A DNA stretch of 63,127 bases, filler included, from Olpidium bornovanus S191 (Eukaryota; Fungi; Olpidiomycota), in the NCBI GenBank assembly GCA_017911155.1. It is 30 parts of 30 records of this genome, joined end to end, with 100 filler letters (N's around TTAATTAATTAA, not from the genome) between each part and the next. Parts side by side here need not be neighbours in the genome. Positions count along the whole stretch, not along the records: positions 46,700 to 48,657 come from JAEFCI010012320.1; positions 48,758 to 50,617 come from JAEFCI010001110.1; positions 50,718 to 53,287 come from JAEFCI010000369.1; positions 53,388 to 54,644 come from JAEFCI010005180.1; positions 54,745 to 56,540 come from JAEFCI010007425.1; positions 56,641 to 59,200 come from JAEFCI010010072.1; positions 59,301 to 60,360 come from JAEFCI010001122.1; 23 more parts are not named here. One strand, given 5' to 3'. The first letter of the stretch is position 1. Each line of letters starts with the position of its first letter. Shown here in pieces: positions 46,732 through 60,082 of this stretch. The notes beneath the pieces are model-generated. The model had not been told where the DNA came from, did no database searches, and saw only the letters and a program-made list of their open reading frames with translations. Position numbers and translations under genes: made by a program.

Positions 46732-47944
46732 GACATCGAAAAGCTCCGGTGTTTTGGAAAACAGCTCAAACGCTTCAGCTCCGGTCGTCGTGTACAGCTG
46801 CTCGTTCAGCCAACGGAACTTGGACCCGCGCAACTTCTTCTGCATTTCCCATTGCAGCTTCGTAAGCTTGGCGCCGCTATTCCTCGCTTTCGCCGTATCG
46901 CCAATAGCCGCCTTCCGCTCAGGTGAGATCGCGTTCGGCAATGAAGCCCGTGGGAGCCCTCCGGCGCTAGTACGAAGCCTATGAAAGGACTTCAAGAAAC
47001 AAAAAAAATGCAAACAAACGTCCGTTAGAAGCGGGCGGTCTTTCAGACGAGGCGACGCTGGCGCTGGATGCCGCACGAACCTTCAGCAATTTGTCTTTCT
47101 CTCTTTTGCTAAGCGAACCACGGGTTGGAAGGCAGGGAAGCTGAACAGCTGCGTCGGAGGCTCCACGGGCAGTCACCCCGTCGGCTGCGAAACTAGCGGA
47201 CGCGGCTGCAGCAGACGCAACCGTCACCTTTTCCCGCCCACTGTCCACTTTCTCTTCCACAAAAACGTCACGGCTTGGATTTCCTCGAACCGGTACGGCC
47301 TCTGCCGCGTGTTCCGGCGGCGCCGCAACGCTTGCGTGTCTCTGTTGCCGACGAACCTGGCCAGCGGCGACTCCCTGCGTCCTTTCCGCCCGGCGACAGG
47401 CGCTTGCAGTCCTGCGGGGGCCGTCGTCCCCGCCAGCCGCAGCCTGTTGCCAGGACGACCTGCCCGCCGCATTCTGTCGCGAGGGGGACGCGGGGCTGTT
47501 CCCTCTTCCACCCGGACCTTTTCGGTCGCAACGCTGCAGGATCTTCCGGCGGCCAGCGCGCTCTGCGGCCGCTGGTTCTGCGGCCGCTTGCTCTGCGCCG
47601 TCGCCCTCTGTCTCCTTCTTTTCCGCCGCCTCCTCCTCCTCCTCCTCTCCCTTCTTGCGCCTTTTTCGCCGATCCTTTCTTCCCCGGTCCGGCACACCGT
47701 TCTCCTCTACGTCCCTCCCACGCTTGTTCGCCGGGCGGCCGGGCGCGGCGGCCAGCGGGGCGCGCCTGCGTCCGCTGCGTGAAGGCGTCCGGTTTCGACC
47801 GCCGCCGTCGACGTCCGAGTTCATCTTCGCCGTCGACGGCGCCCTCCCCTTCGCCCTGCCCTCGGTCGCGGCCTTCGGTCCGGGCTCTCCGGGCCTGACC
47901 AGGCCGAGGTTCCACCCAGGCACGTCGAAGAGCGCCATCGCCAT
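46732..47944 (-). CDS. RRP8: rRNA methyltransferase Rrp8, 3' truncated
   Basis: MALFDVPGW N-terminus; KLTKLQWEMQKKLRGSKFRWLNEQLYTTTGAEAFELFSKTPELFDV. Confidence 0.92.
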
Positions 47945-49057
47945 GCCCTCGCCGCGGGCCGGGATCCTGCGAGCAAGAGTCGGGGGGGGGGGGGGGGGGG
48001 CGGGGGGGGGGGGGGGGGGGGGGGGGGGGAAGCCGGGCAGCGGGGGACGGTGCCGAGAGGGGCGGCGCACGGCGCGGGCGGCGGGTGTTCAACTTGTTTG
48101 AATTTTTTTTTTTTTTTTTTCCGGCGGGTGCGGGAGTTTTTCGCGCAATATGGTCGGCTGTGCCGGTCGCGGGGGCGGGGGAAGACGGTTTCCGTGGTTT
48201 CCGTTTCGGTGCACTGCCGCAGTGCCACTCGCATGAAGCCATTTAACGTGTCAAAAGTCTCTTGGAGAACAATTTGAGGCGTTTGCGCATCTCAGAGGGC
48301 GTTTGCGCATCTCAGAGCCAACGCCACCCTCACGCGCGCCCGAGGTATGCGTTCTCTACACCGCAGGAGGCCCGATCACAGTAAAAACCACATGTCCCAA
48401 AGGCATTCAGCAGGCACGCGGCTATGGTCTGAAAATGCTCGGTAGTGCTTGCCGCTCACTCCGGAACTCAATCGTTTTTTTTTTTCCTGTGTGCCATTAT
48501 TATCCCGCCCTCTCCTTCTGCTTTCTTGCAAAAAAAAAAAAAATACAACGAATGCTCTCCCTCACTCCCTCTATGTTTTTCTCTCACATGCAACTGCGCG
48601 CCTTCGAGAAACGGGAGAACTTTTAACTTTACACAAGTGGGACCGGCGGGGCGGGGGNNNNNNNNNNNNNNNNNNNNNNNNNNNNNNNNNNNNNNNNNNN
48701 NTTAATTAATTAANNNNNNNNNNNNNNNNNNNNNNNNNNNNNNNNNNNNNNNNNNNNAAACAAAAAAAAAAAAAAAAAAAAAAAAGAAAAAAAGAACAAC
48801 CCCGGCCGACCGGGGCGTTCCCACGCGCGCACGCCCACGCACCGCACCCCGCCACAGTAGCTTGTGCCCCCCGGTGCCCAGAAAGACGAAAAAAAAAAAC
48901 AAAAGAAAGAAAGATAAAGTCTAAATAAGATGATTAAAAGAAAAATTAGCCCGAACAACCGCAAAAAGAAAAAAAAAAAAAAAAAAAGGCTCGTTTTTGA
49001 AAAAAAAGGGCGATTTTTGATTTGACGGCAAAACGGGGGAGATAAGAAAAAAAGCTA

Positions 49058-50134
49058 CTAGGGAGGACTAGCGGCGGCTCTGAGAGCCAGGGCGTCCGCG
49101 ACTTCGAGGGCGAGGGCGGCGTACTCTTCGAAATCGCCGTCGCCGGCGAAGCGCGCGTGTTCCGACAGCAGCCAGTCCCGGAGCGGGGGGTCTGCGGGGC
49201 AGGCGGCGGCGGACGACCGGAGGAGCATCCGGACGCCGAGGACGAGCTTCTCCCGCGCGTCCGCGTCCAGGTGCTCGCCCCCGGAGACGAGGTCGCGCGA
49301 GAGGAGGGCGCACCAGTCGGCGACGTCGCGGTCGCGGAGCGCCGGGTCGGACGGGCCGGGCCCGACGGCCTGGACCCCGTCGCGGTCGGGGGACTGGAAA
49401 AAGCCCGGCGGCGCCGGGGCGGCGGCCCTGTGGAACCTGGGCCCGGCCGGGGAGGGCTCCGCGGGAGCGGCGGGAGGCCCCGCGTCGGGGTCCATGGACG
49501 CGTCCAGCAGGTCGGTCACGAACACCGCGAGCTTCTTCCGCACGACGCCGCGCTCGCTGTTCCGCCTCCAGACGTCGGCCGTGATCTCGAGGCCGCGGAC
49601 GGCGTCCAGGAAGAACATCCTGGCCGCGTGGTTGCCGCGCATCAGCGCGGAGAGCGCGTAGATCTGCTCCCGCGACACCTGCGGGACGTCCTCCGCCTCC
49701 AGGGCGCGGAGCAGCCGGTACGCGAGGTTCATCTTGAGGGCCGCGTTCTGGACCGGAGGGTTGTTCTGCGCAAAAAAAAAAACAAAAAAAACAAAAAAAA
49801 AGAGAGAGAGAGAGAGAGAGAGTTTGTTGGCGTTTTTTTTTTCCGCGGGGAAAAAAAGCCCCCCCCCGCCCCCCCCCCCCCCCCCCCCCCCCGAGGCGAG
49901 GTCGCGGACATACAAAAAAAGTCCAACGTTTTTTTTTTTTGGTTTGAATTTTCACCTGCGCGGCGCTCCCGACCACCAGGGCGCTGGTCTTCCGGACCCT
50001 CCAGTGGGGGTGGTCAAGCCTGTCGGCGACCGCCGCGAGTAGGCCCGGTCTCTCGGCGAGCTTCAGCCCGAGCACCCTCTCGGAGACCACGTCGGCCAGG
50101 TCTTCCAGGACCGCCGCCAGCTCCTCGGCGGCGC

Positions 50135-50165
<31 letters not shown>

Positions 50166-50512
50166 GCCCGCCGTCTCGAAGCCGAGGACCTTCTGCGCGA
50201 GGGAACGGAACTTGCCGTGGTCCTCCGCCGAAACACGCGCCGCGTCGGAACCGGGCGTGCGCCTCGTCTCCGCGAACTCCGCGGCGAGGGCGGCGGCGGC
50301 GGCGGACGCGGCGGCCGCCCGGGCGGCGAGGACCTCCTCCTCCTCCTCCTGCTCAGGCCGAGGAAGCCCCGGCCCGGGCGGGACCGGCGAGGGAGGAGGC
50401 CCGCCGGAGCCCTTCTCGCCCAGCACCACCGCCAGGCCCGATTCGCCGTCCGAGGCGGCGGCGCCGCCGTCGTCCAGTTTCGCCCGCTTCGCCCCGCTGG
50501 AGAGGTCTATCT
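49058..50512 (-). CDS. SIL1: ER Hsp70 nucleotide-exchange factor Sil1, 5' truncated
   Basis: IDLSSGAKRAKL; LEDLADVV...SALVVGSAAQ/NNPPVQ...IYALSALMRG...RKKLAVFVTDLL. Confidence 0.8.
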
Positions 50513-50717
50513 GAACGAACAAACCTGGGGCCGGAAGAGAGTTCCGCGGCAAGAAGGGGGTCCGTGAGCGGAGCTGGTTTCCTCCCCCCCCCCCCCCCCC
50601 CCCCGCGCCCGCCCGCCNNNNNNNNNNNNNNNNNNNNNNNNNNNNNNNNNNNNNNNNNNNNTTAATTAATTAANNNNNNNNNNNNNNNNNNNNNNNNNNN
50701 NNNNNNNNNNNNNNNNN

Positions 50718-52309
50718 AGCGTAGCGGTTGTAGTACTACAATTTTCCGGAAAAAACGCTTTTTCAGAATATTCAATCCGTTTATGCTCTTTTCAGCAGAG
50801 CGGACGTGACCAAACAAAGAAAGAGCGGCACTCACATGGAGATAGCGTTCCAGCGATCTCCGCGACTGTGCTTGCGCGTCACGCGCGTCCGAGCTGCTCT
50901 TCTCCTCGTACCGATTGCAGTTGTACCAGTTCGAACCGTGTTCGCTCCAGGGGCCCATGCAAACCCAGCAGAACCTTCACCAAGCAAAAGTGGGGTGGAA
51001 GGGTGAGCGCAGTCGCGCTAGAAAAGCCGGGAATCTCCGTTCCGCAAACCGGGCATCCAAAACTCGCAGCCGCGAAAAGCAGGAAAACCCACTCGTGTTT
51101 GCACTTCCGGCAGGTCATGTGGTTGCAGCCACCGTTTTTCTCGATCGTCGATTTGCACTTCGTGCACTCCTTCGTGTTCGCCGAGATCCAGTTTGCCGTC
51201 TCCGAGTCGTCCTCGCACTTCCGCAGCCACTTTTTCACGAGCACGCAGACGCAGGGCTGGTGATCCGCGACACCGCAGCCGAAGCAAAACCGGTGGCCGC
51301 ACCGGCACACGACGGTTGGCACGATGGTGGAGAGGAACTTGGGAGAGACATGGCACTCCAGCGCGTACTCGCATTCTGATGAATGAGGAAGACAGCAGAA
51401 AAAAAAAATGCCGCTTAGAGTGAGCGGAGCCGGAGAAACAAGAAAAAGGACACAATTCTCGAGGCGGAAATCACCTGGCGCTGGACACCACCGCAGAAAA
51501 TCATTATCGTCAACGTATGTTCGGATCAGCAGGGTCTTATATCTGCGGAAACGGCAAAATTTGCGCAAATGGGGGAAAAAATCGGTTGAACACCCCGCAA
51601 TCCCGCCAGGAACAACGAGAGTCGATCTAGAGGGGTGGATCACAAAAAAGCTCACCACCAACCTCGCGAAAACAGCCGCGTCAACTATGGACCCGACGGC
51701 CTTTTCGTCCACGACGACGTTGCAGCCGGTCTGCATGCACTGGATGTTTCTGCTCTCCCCTTCCTCTTTGATCTTCTGAGTGAGGTAGTGCTCGTAGCAG
51801 TCATGGCAGAATCTGTGGCCGCACAGGTGGGCGAAGGTGGCCTTTCCAGGTCCGTCGTCGCAGCAGATTTCGCAGGTGAACCCGGGTGCGGGGCGGAGCC
51901 GCCTCTTGTCCCCCCCGTTCCCCCCGCCGTCGTCGCCGTCGCTGCCGTCCTCCTCCTCCTCTTCGTCGACGATCCCGGCCGCGGCCATCACGCCCGCGCG
52001 GTCCTCCATGCACCGCTCGATCAGGCGCTCCTTGTCCCACCGGTAGTGGCGCAGCAGCACGGCGGCCCTCTCCTCCGGAAGGCCGAGGATGCCCGCGACG
52101 TGCGAGACCTCCCGGTTCTGGGCGTCGACGATGTCACCGACACTGAGCACGGAGAAGTCCACCTCGTAGGCTTTCTTCGGCTTCTCCGCGACGACGGAGG
52201 AGAAGCCCAGGTCTTCCTGGGCGTCGGACGTGTCTTCGTCCTCGTCCTCGTCCATGAAGTCGTCGTCGCCGCTGTCCATGAAGTCATCGCCGTCCTCGTA
52301 GTCGGACAT
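50718..52309 (-). CDS. ARI1: Ariadne-type RBR E3 ubiquitin ligase, 3' truncated
   Basis: Acidic N-terminus, [18 protein letters not shown]1 CEICC...[18 protein letters not shown]...C.CGHRFCF.C, RING2 ANTKECTKC...[12 protein letters not shown]. Confidence 0.96.
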
Positions 52310-53387
52310 TGCTTTCTTTGTCTTTTTCCTGAAAAGCGCGGGCGGCGGCGGCGGTGGGGCGACGTTCCTCTTGTTTGTGCTCGGTTGGCGGGAGAGGAAA
52401 AAAAAAAAAAAAAAAAAATTGACGCAGAAACAGGAACCAGAAAGGAAACTAGGCGGCGAGGAGCGTGGAAGAGAGTGCGAGCGGGAGGAGCGTAAGGGAA
52501 ACGCGCGGCCGACCAGAAAGAACGTGTTGCCCGCTCCGAGCGCGCAACGCCGGCGGGCCGGGGAGGCGGCGGGAGGCCGGGGGAGAAGAAGCTGTTGGCG
52601 GCTGGGGGGTGTTGTCGGGGAAAGGCGGCTTCCCCCGCACCGGCGCTGAGCCAGCGCCCCGCAACAAAAAAAAAAAAAAAAAAAAAAAAAGGCAAAAAAC
52701 ACAAAGAGCACCGAGATTAGAAGAAAGTGGCAGTGTCGAGGGGGCCGCGCCCGACGGGGGAGGTGGCCGGGGCGCCTCGGAAAGTTTCGCAAAGTCGAAT
52801 CTGCTTGGCGAAGGTGAAACTTGCGAATTGGTAGTTTTGGGTTTGACCGCTTTCCCGAAAGAGAACCGAAAGTTCTGCAAGTCCTGTTCAAGTATGCATT
52901 TCGAAAATACACAAATCTCCCTGAAATCTTATCTCCTAGTACTTAATAACCTCCAGTACTTTATGGATTTGGTCATCCACCGTCATCGTTCCTATGTGTA
53001 AATCTTATACCTGATACTCTATAAGTTTTGAAGGAGAATATAAAGTAACAGAAGGACACGTTCGATACCAAAGTGGTGAGGAAACAGGAGAAGCGAGCAC
53101 GAAAGAGGAGAAAATGAGCTAAATTATGAAGAAACCCACGAATCAAGGATCCGTTGGACAGTGCTACCATGGCGGAGATCAGGCTGCATTTTGCGAGCTA
53201 CTTTAAGGGCATTGCGTTGCTCGGGTTTGGAAACATCAAGCAAAGAAGAAAAAATACCAATTCCCTGAAGCTTGTCTGCCTTTGTGANNNNNNNNNNNNN
53301 NNNNNNNNNNNNNNNNNNNNNNNNNNNNNNNTTAATTAATTAANNNNNNNNNNNNNNNNNNNNNNNNNNNNNNNNNNNNNNNNNNNN

Positions 53388-54644
53388 GCAGCTTCTCGTC
53401 CGAGGAGCGAGCCACTGTCGAGCTGAGCTCACGAGGCGCGTGCTAGAGGCGGTTTCCAATCCCGCGAAGGCCGGCTGGAACCGGCACCAGACAGAAGGGC
53501 CGTCCATGAGCCTGAAACGGTCCGGGGGGGGGGGGTGGCCAGTGATTAGGTGCAAGAAAATTCCGCGGTGCCCTCTTTACGGCGTAAATCGAACGCTTAC
53601 GCAGGCGTGACGACGGCTTTCCTGCCGAACACGTGGCGGGTGGTTCCGGCGAGAACGCGAAAGGCCGACGAGGTGGAAGGGGACACGGGCGACGGCTCGC
53701 GGGTACCGGCAACAGAGAGCGCAAGTTTGCCGATGGCTTTCCCCGGAGTAGGGTACTGACGAGAGGCACCGCCCCGGCCGCAAAAATAGATCCTGTGAGC
53801 ATCGCGGTGCACGCGCACCGGCGCGCGGGCGTTTGCGAAAATCGGCAGGGACCATACCTTGCCGGCGAGCGGGCCCTTCGCATTAAAGTCCAGGCAGAAC
53901 TCCTCGGCAAACTTCGCCGCTATCTCCTGAATCTTCCCGACGACTTCCTCCACGGAAGACCCGACGGCGATCCGGAAGTTGACGACGGCCGACGTTGTCG
54001 GCGGAAGAACATTGGCTTTGACCCCTCCGTTCATCATCGTGACGGCGGTCGTCGTGTGGAAATTCATCGCAACCGCGGGCAGCTTGGAGGAGACGTACGC
54101 GGCGACGACGGATTTCAGAGAACGGACGTTGTGAAGCATGACGCGGTCCCACACTGGCAGGTTGGAGAGGTCCAAGTGGCTGGCGAGGCACTCGATGCTG
54201 TCGAGCGTCGGGTTCTCGTCGACGAGACCAAGCGGGAACTGCTCAGCCTCGATGCGAGAAATCAAAATCGACATGAGCCCAACGGAAGTGTGGGCGGGGG
54301 GGTTTGACGAGTGGCCGCCGCGGGTCTCGACGTCGAGGTAGACGTCGACGGCCCCTTTCTCCGAAACGCCGATCAGCGCGACGGGGGTGTAGCCGTCGTC
54401 ATCGCCTTCAAAGGGCCGACTCTCGCTTTGCTGGAGGTTGGCCGCTGCGTCGGTTTTGACCTCCAAAATCGCCTTTCCCTCGTCGACGAGCAAGGCCACC
54501 TTGCGGATGTTTTTCACCTCCGTCATGTACTTGGAGATGGCGCGCGCGCCGGCGTTCCCTCCTACTTCTTCGTCGTGGCCAAGGGCGACCACAATGCCTC
54601 GGCGCGGGGAAGCGAAACCGGACTCGAGCAGCAGTTCGAGGGAC
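53388..54644 (-). CDS. CPS1: M20 peptidase, Gly-Xaa carboxypeptidase type, internal fragment
   Basis: GHDEEVGG, LVDEG, GVSEKG...GGHSSNPP, TTTAVTMMNGGVKANVLP. Confidence 0.92.
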
Positions 54645-54828
54645 NNNNNNNNNNNNNNNNNNNNNNNNNNNNNNNNNNNNNNNNNNNNTTAATTAATTAA
54701 NNNNNNNNNNNNNNNNNNNNNNNNNNNNNNNNNNNNNNNNNNNNCATGGACTTCTCGCAAATGACGGCAGCAACTCTTCAAGATGACGATTCAATGCAAT
54801 GCCTCGAGCCGCAAAGATTCAATAGTGT

Positions 54829-55543
54829 TTATTCGGCAGGAACCTCGATCTCGCCATTGTCAATTTTTTCGATGACATCCTGTGGTGACATATGATCTAC
54901 TGTGCAGCCGATCGAGTTGGCGGTTCCAAGAAGCTCCTTGACAGTGCCGGAAAGCTCGCGGGCCAGAGACTTGTATCGCATCTGGCGGGCGGCTTCGATG
55001 ACCTGGTCGAGAGTCAGGTTGCCATTGTGCTTGACTGTACGTGCACGGAAGCGGAGCAAGCTTTAGCCCAAGAGCACAGGGGTGACACACCGGGTGAGTG
55101 GATTTTGGCCCCCCGCCTGGACACGAAAGGTACACACTATTCTTCTCCTTTTTGCGGTCCCGAGGGGGCTCTTTCAAGCCTTTGATGAGCAACGATGATG
55201 CCGACGGAACAACAGACACCGCAGCTTGGCGGTTTTGAATGGTGAGCTTTACTGTCACGCGCAGACCCTTCCAGTCCTTCGTGGCTTTGGCGATGTCTTC
55301 ACCGACTTTCTTCGGCGACTGTTGAGTTTCGCGCGACAAATTGACAAAATGGTCAACGACGCGCAAACCGGCGGGACCGACGACGCGCCAAACGACGCGG
55401 AAAAGCGGCTGGCACGCAAGCTCCGAGCTCACCAGGCCAAGAGGACCAATCTTGGGGGCCAGGGTAGACGACGCGCCAACCTCCCCTCCAGTTGCACGGA
55501 GCGTGATAATCTTCACTTCATTGGGGTCAACCTTGGGTCCCAT
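54829..55543 (-). CDS. RPL12: 60S ribosomal protein uL11, complete, 3 exons
   Basis: [11 protein letters not shown]...[23 protein letters not shown]...[12 protein letters not shown]/...[18 protein letters not shown]...EVPAE*. Confidence 0.98.
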
Positions 55544-55983
55544 TGCCGCTTACTGCGGGGGTTGGTCCGGAACGAAGCAAAGGATGGCGTTGAATGTGCT
55601 GCGAAAGTAAAGAAGACAGAGCACGCAGGGGACCGACAGTCCGGGACCCTACGGCGCAAGGGGTCGCCGACGAGCGACCGGGTTACGGAATTCACCAGGT
55701 CAACAACCTTGCCGCGGGTGCCACCGTTCCGGCGCTCCGCTCGTGGGGTTCCCTCGGCGGGAAAAAATTGGCCGCACCAGAGGAAAAAAAAAAGCACGGA
55801 GGTGGGAGTGGGCGGAGGTGGGAGTGGGCGGACGGGGGGAGGTGGAGGGGGGTGGCGAGCGCGAAGAGCGCCTGCTCCCGGGCGGCATTGCGGGCCTTAC
55901 CGGTTGGACGCCTTGTTGGTTCGGGGTGGCGGCGGGACAGCGCGGGAGGGGCCCAAGGGAAAGGGGCGAGGCGGCGATAAAGC

Positions 55984-56031
<48 letters not shown>

Positions 56032-56071
56032 GGGCGGGGGGGGGGGGGGGGAGGGAAGGGGGGGGGGGGGG

Positions 56072-56113
<42 letters not shown>

Positions 56114-56400
56114 AAACGAGGGACGGGGACCGGGACGGGTGAGAGGGTGGGTTAGTTTTTCCACGCAAGGGACGAGCGGGATAAATTTGTTGGGAATAAA
56201 GGGGGAGGCGAGCTCCCGGCGCACCGCGCGCACCAGCCTCTGTTGCCCCTTTGTAGAGTGCCTAGCTCTCTGCCATACAAAACAAGCCTAGACCAAATAG
56301 CGGCGCTACGCCCCGAATACACTTCTTCTCCCTCTCGCTGCGCGCTCTCCTCGCCTCCGTGACGGCGCTCTCCCCTATTTGGCTCCTAGATACAACAGGT

Positions 56401-56520
56401 TATGAGCCCAAACCGCAGACTCCCCGCCAACGCAGAAGAAGAAGAGATGCTCTTCATTTGCGGAAGAACCATGGAGGGCGCCCACACGCTGAGCGCGAGC
56501 GTAGTGCTGGAAGGACAGCG
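56401..56520 (+). CDS. Possible first exon of an unidentified gene divergent from RPL12
   Basis: ATG at 56402 followed by a GTACGC donor-like site; no family recognised. Confidence 0.25.
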
Positions 56521-56640
56521 ACGGTACGCATACGGCATGCNNNNNNNNNNNNNNNNNNNNNNNNNNNNNNNNNNNNNNNNNNNNTTAATTAATTAANNNN
56601 NNNNNNNNNNNNNNNNNNNNNNNNNNNNNNNNNNNNNNNN

Positions 56641-57799
56641 CCTCTGCTCCAGATCTCTCATCCCGAGGACGTCTAGTTTCTCCTGGTATGTGGAGTTGAC
56701 CATCGACACGAGGAGGTCGGCAAGGAGTCCCGCAGACGTCCGGTCTATGATCGTCTTCATGTTCGAGACGACTGCGTTCGGGAGCTGCAGCTCCTCCACC
56801 AGATTCAGCAACTTGCGTGCAGTTGCCTTTAGAGATATGCTGAGGGAGGACAATCTGCTGTTGTCGTGCAGTATCGCTGTGGAAATGCGGGCCAACCTGT
56901 ACACTCAGGACCCGGAAAACATACAAGAATTGACGGCTCCGCAGAATTGCAAGCGCGGGAGCAATTTCAGCGCGTCAGCTTACGTCGGTCCGGAGCGGGC
57001 GTTACGGAGGCGATCAAAAACGGACTTCTCTGCACAAACTCGTCCACGGAGACCCGCATGATTCCTTCGAAACGAGGCAGGTGAAAAGGCGAGTAGACAA
57101 ATGACCCGATCTAACCCACCAAAACGACAGAGAAGCGTGCCACACAGCCAACGACCTGCTCTGTCCGCCGAACGTACCTTCGACGACCAGGTGATACGCC
57201 GATTTCCGTCCCGCGATTATCCTCTCCGCTCTGATGATCTTCCCCGCGCAACCAACGTCGAACAACTCATGTGGCGCCACGGGCTTGAGCCGGTCGTCCT
57301 CCGCCGCGACGACAGTGTCGGCGTCGTGCTGGTCGGCGGTGTCGAACACGGCCTCCGCGTCCGGATCGTCGTCTTCGACCGCGTCAAGCGCGCCGGCGCC
57401 GGAAGCGTCGTGGTCGGCGCCGTCGCCGACGACGTCCTCCCGCGCCGGTGGCGGAGACGGCTCTTCCCCGTCACCGTACAAGCGCGGCCGCACGGCGCCG
57501 GTCTCCTCGACGGCCGCCGCCTGCCTTTGCCGTTTCCCGGGGCGAACCTTCGGCCGGACGGGCACGAAGGCGATGACGCTGCTGGACAGGATGCTCCTCG
57601 CGTCGCCGCCGGGGAGCAGAGCCGGGGCGGCGGTGACTGCGCCGAACAGCCTCCGCAGCAGCTGCAGCGGCGCGCCCGCCGCCACGGTGAGCTCCAGCAC
57701 GGTTCCCGGGAAAAGCACCCTCGCGCGCAGCGGGATGACCGGCAGCATCGTGGGCAGCTGGTGGCTGCTTGACCTCGCGGAAGACGACGACGCCCTCAT
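56641..57799 (-). CDS. LONP2: Lon protease (peroxisomal LONP2-like), N-terminal substrate-binding domain, 3' truncated
   Basis: LPVIPLRARVLFPG...LFDVGCAGKIIR...YHLVVEG; LLADLLVSMV..TYQEKLDVL...DLEQR. Confidence 0.85.
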
Positions 57800-59300
57800 G
57801 TTTCGCGGCGCGGCGCGGCGTTGTTTGTTTCACTTTGAGGGATCTTCGCGTACGGGCGATTGAACGGGGGGAAGGGGAAGGAGGAGCACGAATGCAGGAG
57901 GCTGCAGAGAGATATAGAGAGACAGATCGAAGACAGCGGCGGCGGCGAGGAGAAGCGGCGAGAAGCGGCGAGAAGCGGCATTTGCCGGCGGGCGTCCGCC
58001 GTTGGGGGTGGAGAAGAAGGTGTGAGAGGCAATCCCTTTCACAGAAAAAGTTCCGTCTTTCCGCGGGGTCCGCGGTTGCCCGCCCGCGCCCTCGACTTCT
58101 TTCCCCCTTCTTTCCCCCGCCCAAAAAAAGAACGCCCGTGGGAAAGGGTTTTGACACGGAGCAGCACGCGGCCCCCGTCCCGCCCGCCCGCCCGCCCTGC
58201 CGCCACGTCCGTCCCAAGCCTCTGAATCCGCCTACGATCTAGACCCTGCGGAGGGACAGGGGCCGACTGCCGTCGGGTCGATAACAGAAACCACTGAGGC
58301 AAGGGGAGTGCGGAGGACGCATGCAAGCCTGCATCGAAAGCCGGCAAGGCCCCACGCGCTGTTTGCAGGCTTCTGATGTGTAAGTGCGACGCTGTCGGGG
58401 AATGTGTGCGGGTGCTGCGATACAGATATCGAGCTGGCAGCACTCGGCCCATCAGCACCAAGGTGCGGAGAAGCAGATTTCGCCAGTGCGAATCCCAAAA
58501 CGATGGGACACTTGGAATCAAGGTCAGAACGTAACCCGGACGCTACCTGCCGCCGACTACGGCGGCCTCGCACCCGTTGAGCCTTTGAGTCAATAAAGCG
58601 ACGGTCGCTTTGATACCCCGAGTGCGGACGACGGGGACCCTGTGCCGGGGGAACTCTGGTCCGCGCGACCACAACGCGGCACGCAAAAGACCACGCTTAC
58701 AGGGTGAGAATAAATTACCCGCGTCCTGCGCGCCGGAGAACCGGATCGAACGCGCCTTTTCGACGCTTTCCCGAGCGCGCAGCCCCGCTGCGTTTCACGG
58801 AGCCTTCGCGGCGAGAGGGGGCGGTTGCCGTTGGCGGGAGCATCCGGAGAGCTCGGCGCCGTATTTCCTCGCCGCGCGCGCCGAGGGCTTTTTTTTTTTT
58901 TTTTTGTTCCGTCACCCGCCCGTCCGCTGGTTCAGAGGGTTGGGTGTTTCGGGTTCCCCGCTGCCGCCAGCGCCGCCTCCTTCGTCCCCCCTGTCGAATT
59001 CCCGTGCCTTTTTTCGGGGAGAAGGAGAGCGCCACCGCGGCTGGTTTTACTTCCGTGGACTTAACCACCCTGTTTTTTACATGCCATCCGCCAGTTAATT
59101 CTTCTACAAATTCAACCCCAAGTAATTGTATATGCCCAAGGAGCAGCAAAAGAACCGGCCGACGCCCGACGAGCGGGTGTCAGCGCAGACACCGACAAAA
59201 NNNNNNNNNNNNNNNNNNNNNNNNNNNNNNNNNNNNNNNNNNNNTTAATTAATTAANNNNNNNNNNNNNNNNNNNNNNNNNNNNNNNNNNNNNNNNNNNN

Positions 59301-60082
59301 AGGAAGTTTCGTGAACGGGTTTGACCCTGATCGACCCGGGATATATCAATAGGATGATCCTCCCGTGCGACAGCGAGCCGGCGGAGAAAATTATAGGACT
59401 CGGCACTTTGGCGGAGCTCGGAAAACCAGGAATTCCGAGCGCGGGGAGAGATGGCTGCCGGAGCATCGTCAGGGAGTTCGGCGTCTGGTTGTGGAGGGGA
59501 AACCGGGCGCATGAGAACGCGGACTTGGATATAACTGTCGTCGGCGACGGGGGCAGGACGCGCATCATAGTCGCGATCCTCAGGGCCGCCAGGACCACAG
59601 TAATGCGTGTCTGACGGCAAGAACAGGAACTCCAGATCGCGGGGATCCGCGGGCAACCAAAAGGTGGCTGGCCAATTCATGACCTGAGGAAACACTTCGA
59701 TCATGGAACGACGAAGTCTGCAAAGAATCGAACGCGAGGTTATTTGCAAAAAAAAAAAAAAAAAAAAAGGGTTGCGTGACGAAGGAAAGATCGGGACTAA
59801 CTGAATAAGGGCAACGCATGCTTCGGTGCTTCCGTCCTCGTGGACGGCGCGAAACCTCCACGCGTAGTGGATAAAACGAATCATGCGTCCGCGTAAAGTG
59901 CATTGACGTTCCGGTGTTGGGCGATCGGCGACGCACGCAGCCGCAGCAGCAAGCAAACTACGGGAATCGCGCAACCGGTGCGCCCAGAAGGCCGTGTAGA
60001 TCCGACGGGTGTTGGCGTCGAGACGTCTCCCGGCGAACGGAACCGGGGCGGGCGCAGGAGCAGCGGACGCAGAGGACGACAT
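59301..60082 (-). CDS. Hypothetical protein, 3' truncated
   Basis: Long open frame with one in-frame intron-like segment (~59750-59790); no family recognised. Confidence 0.5.
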
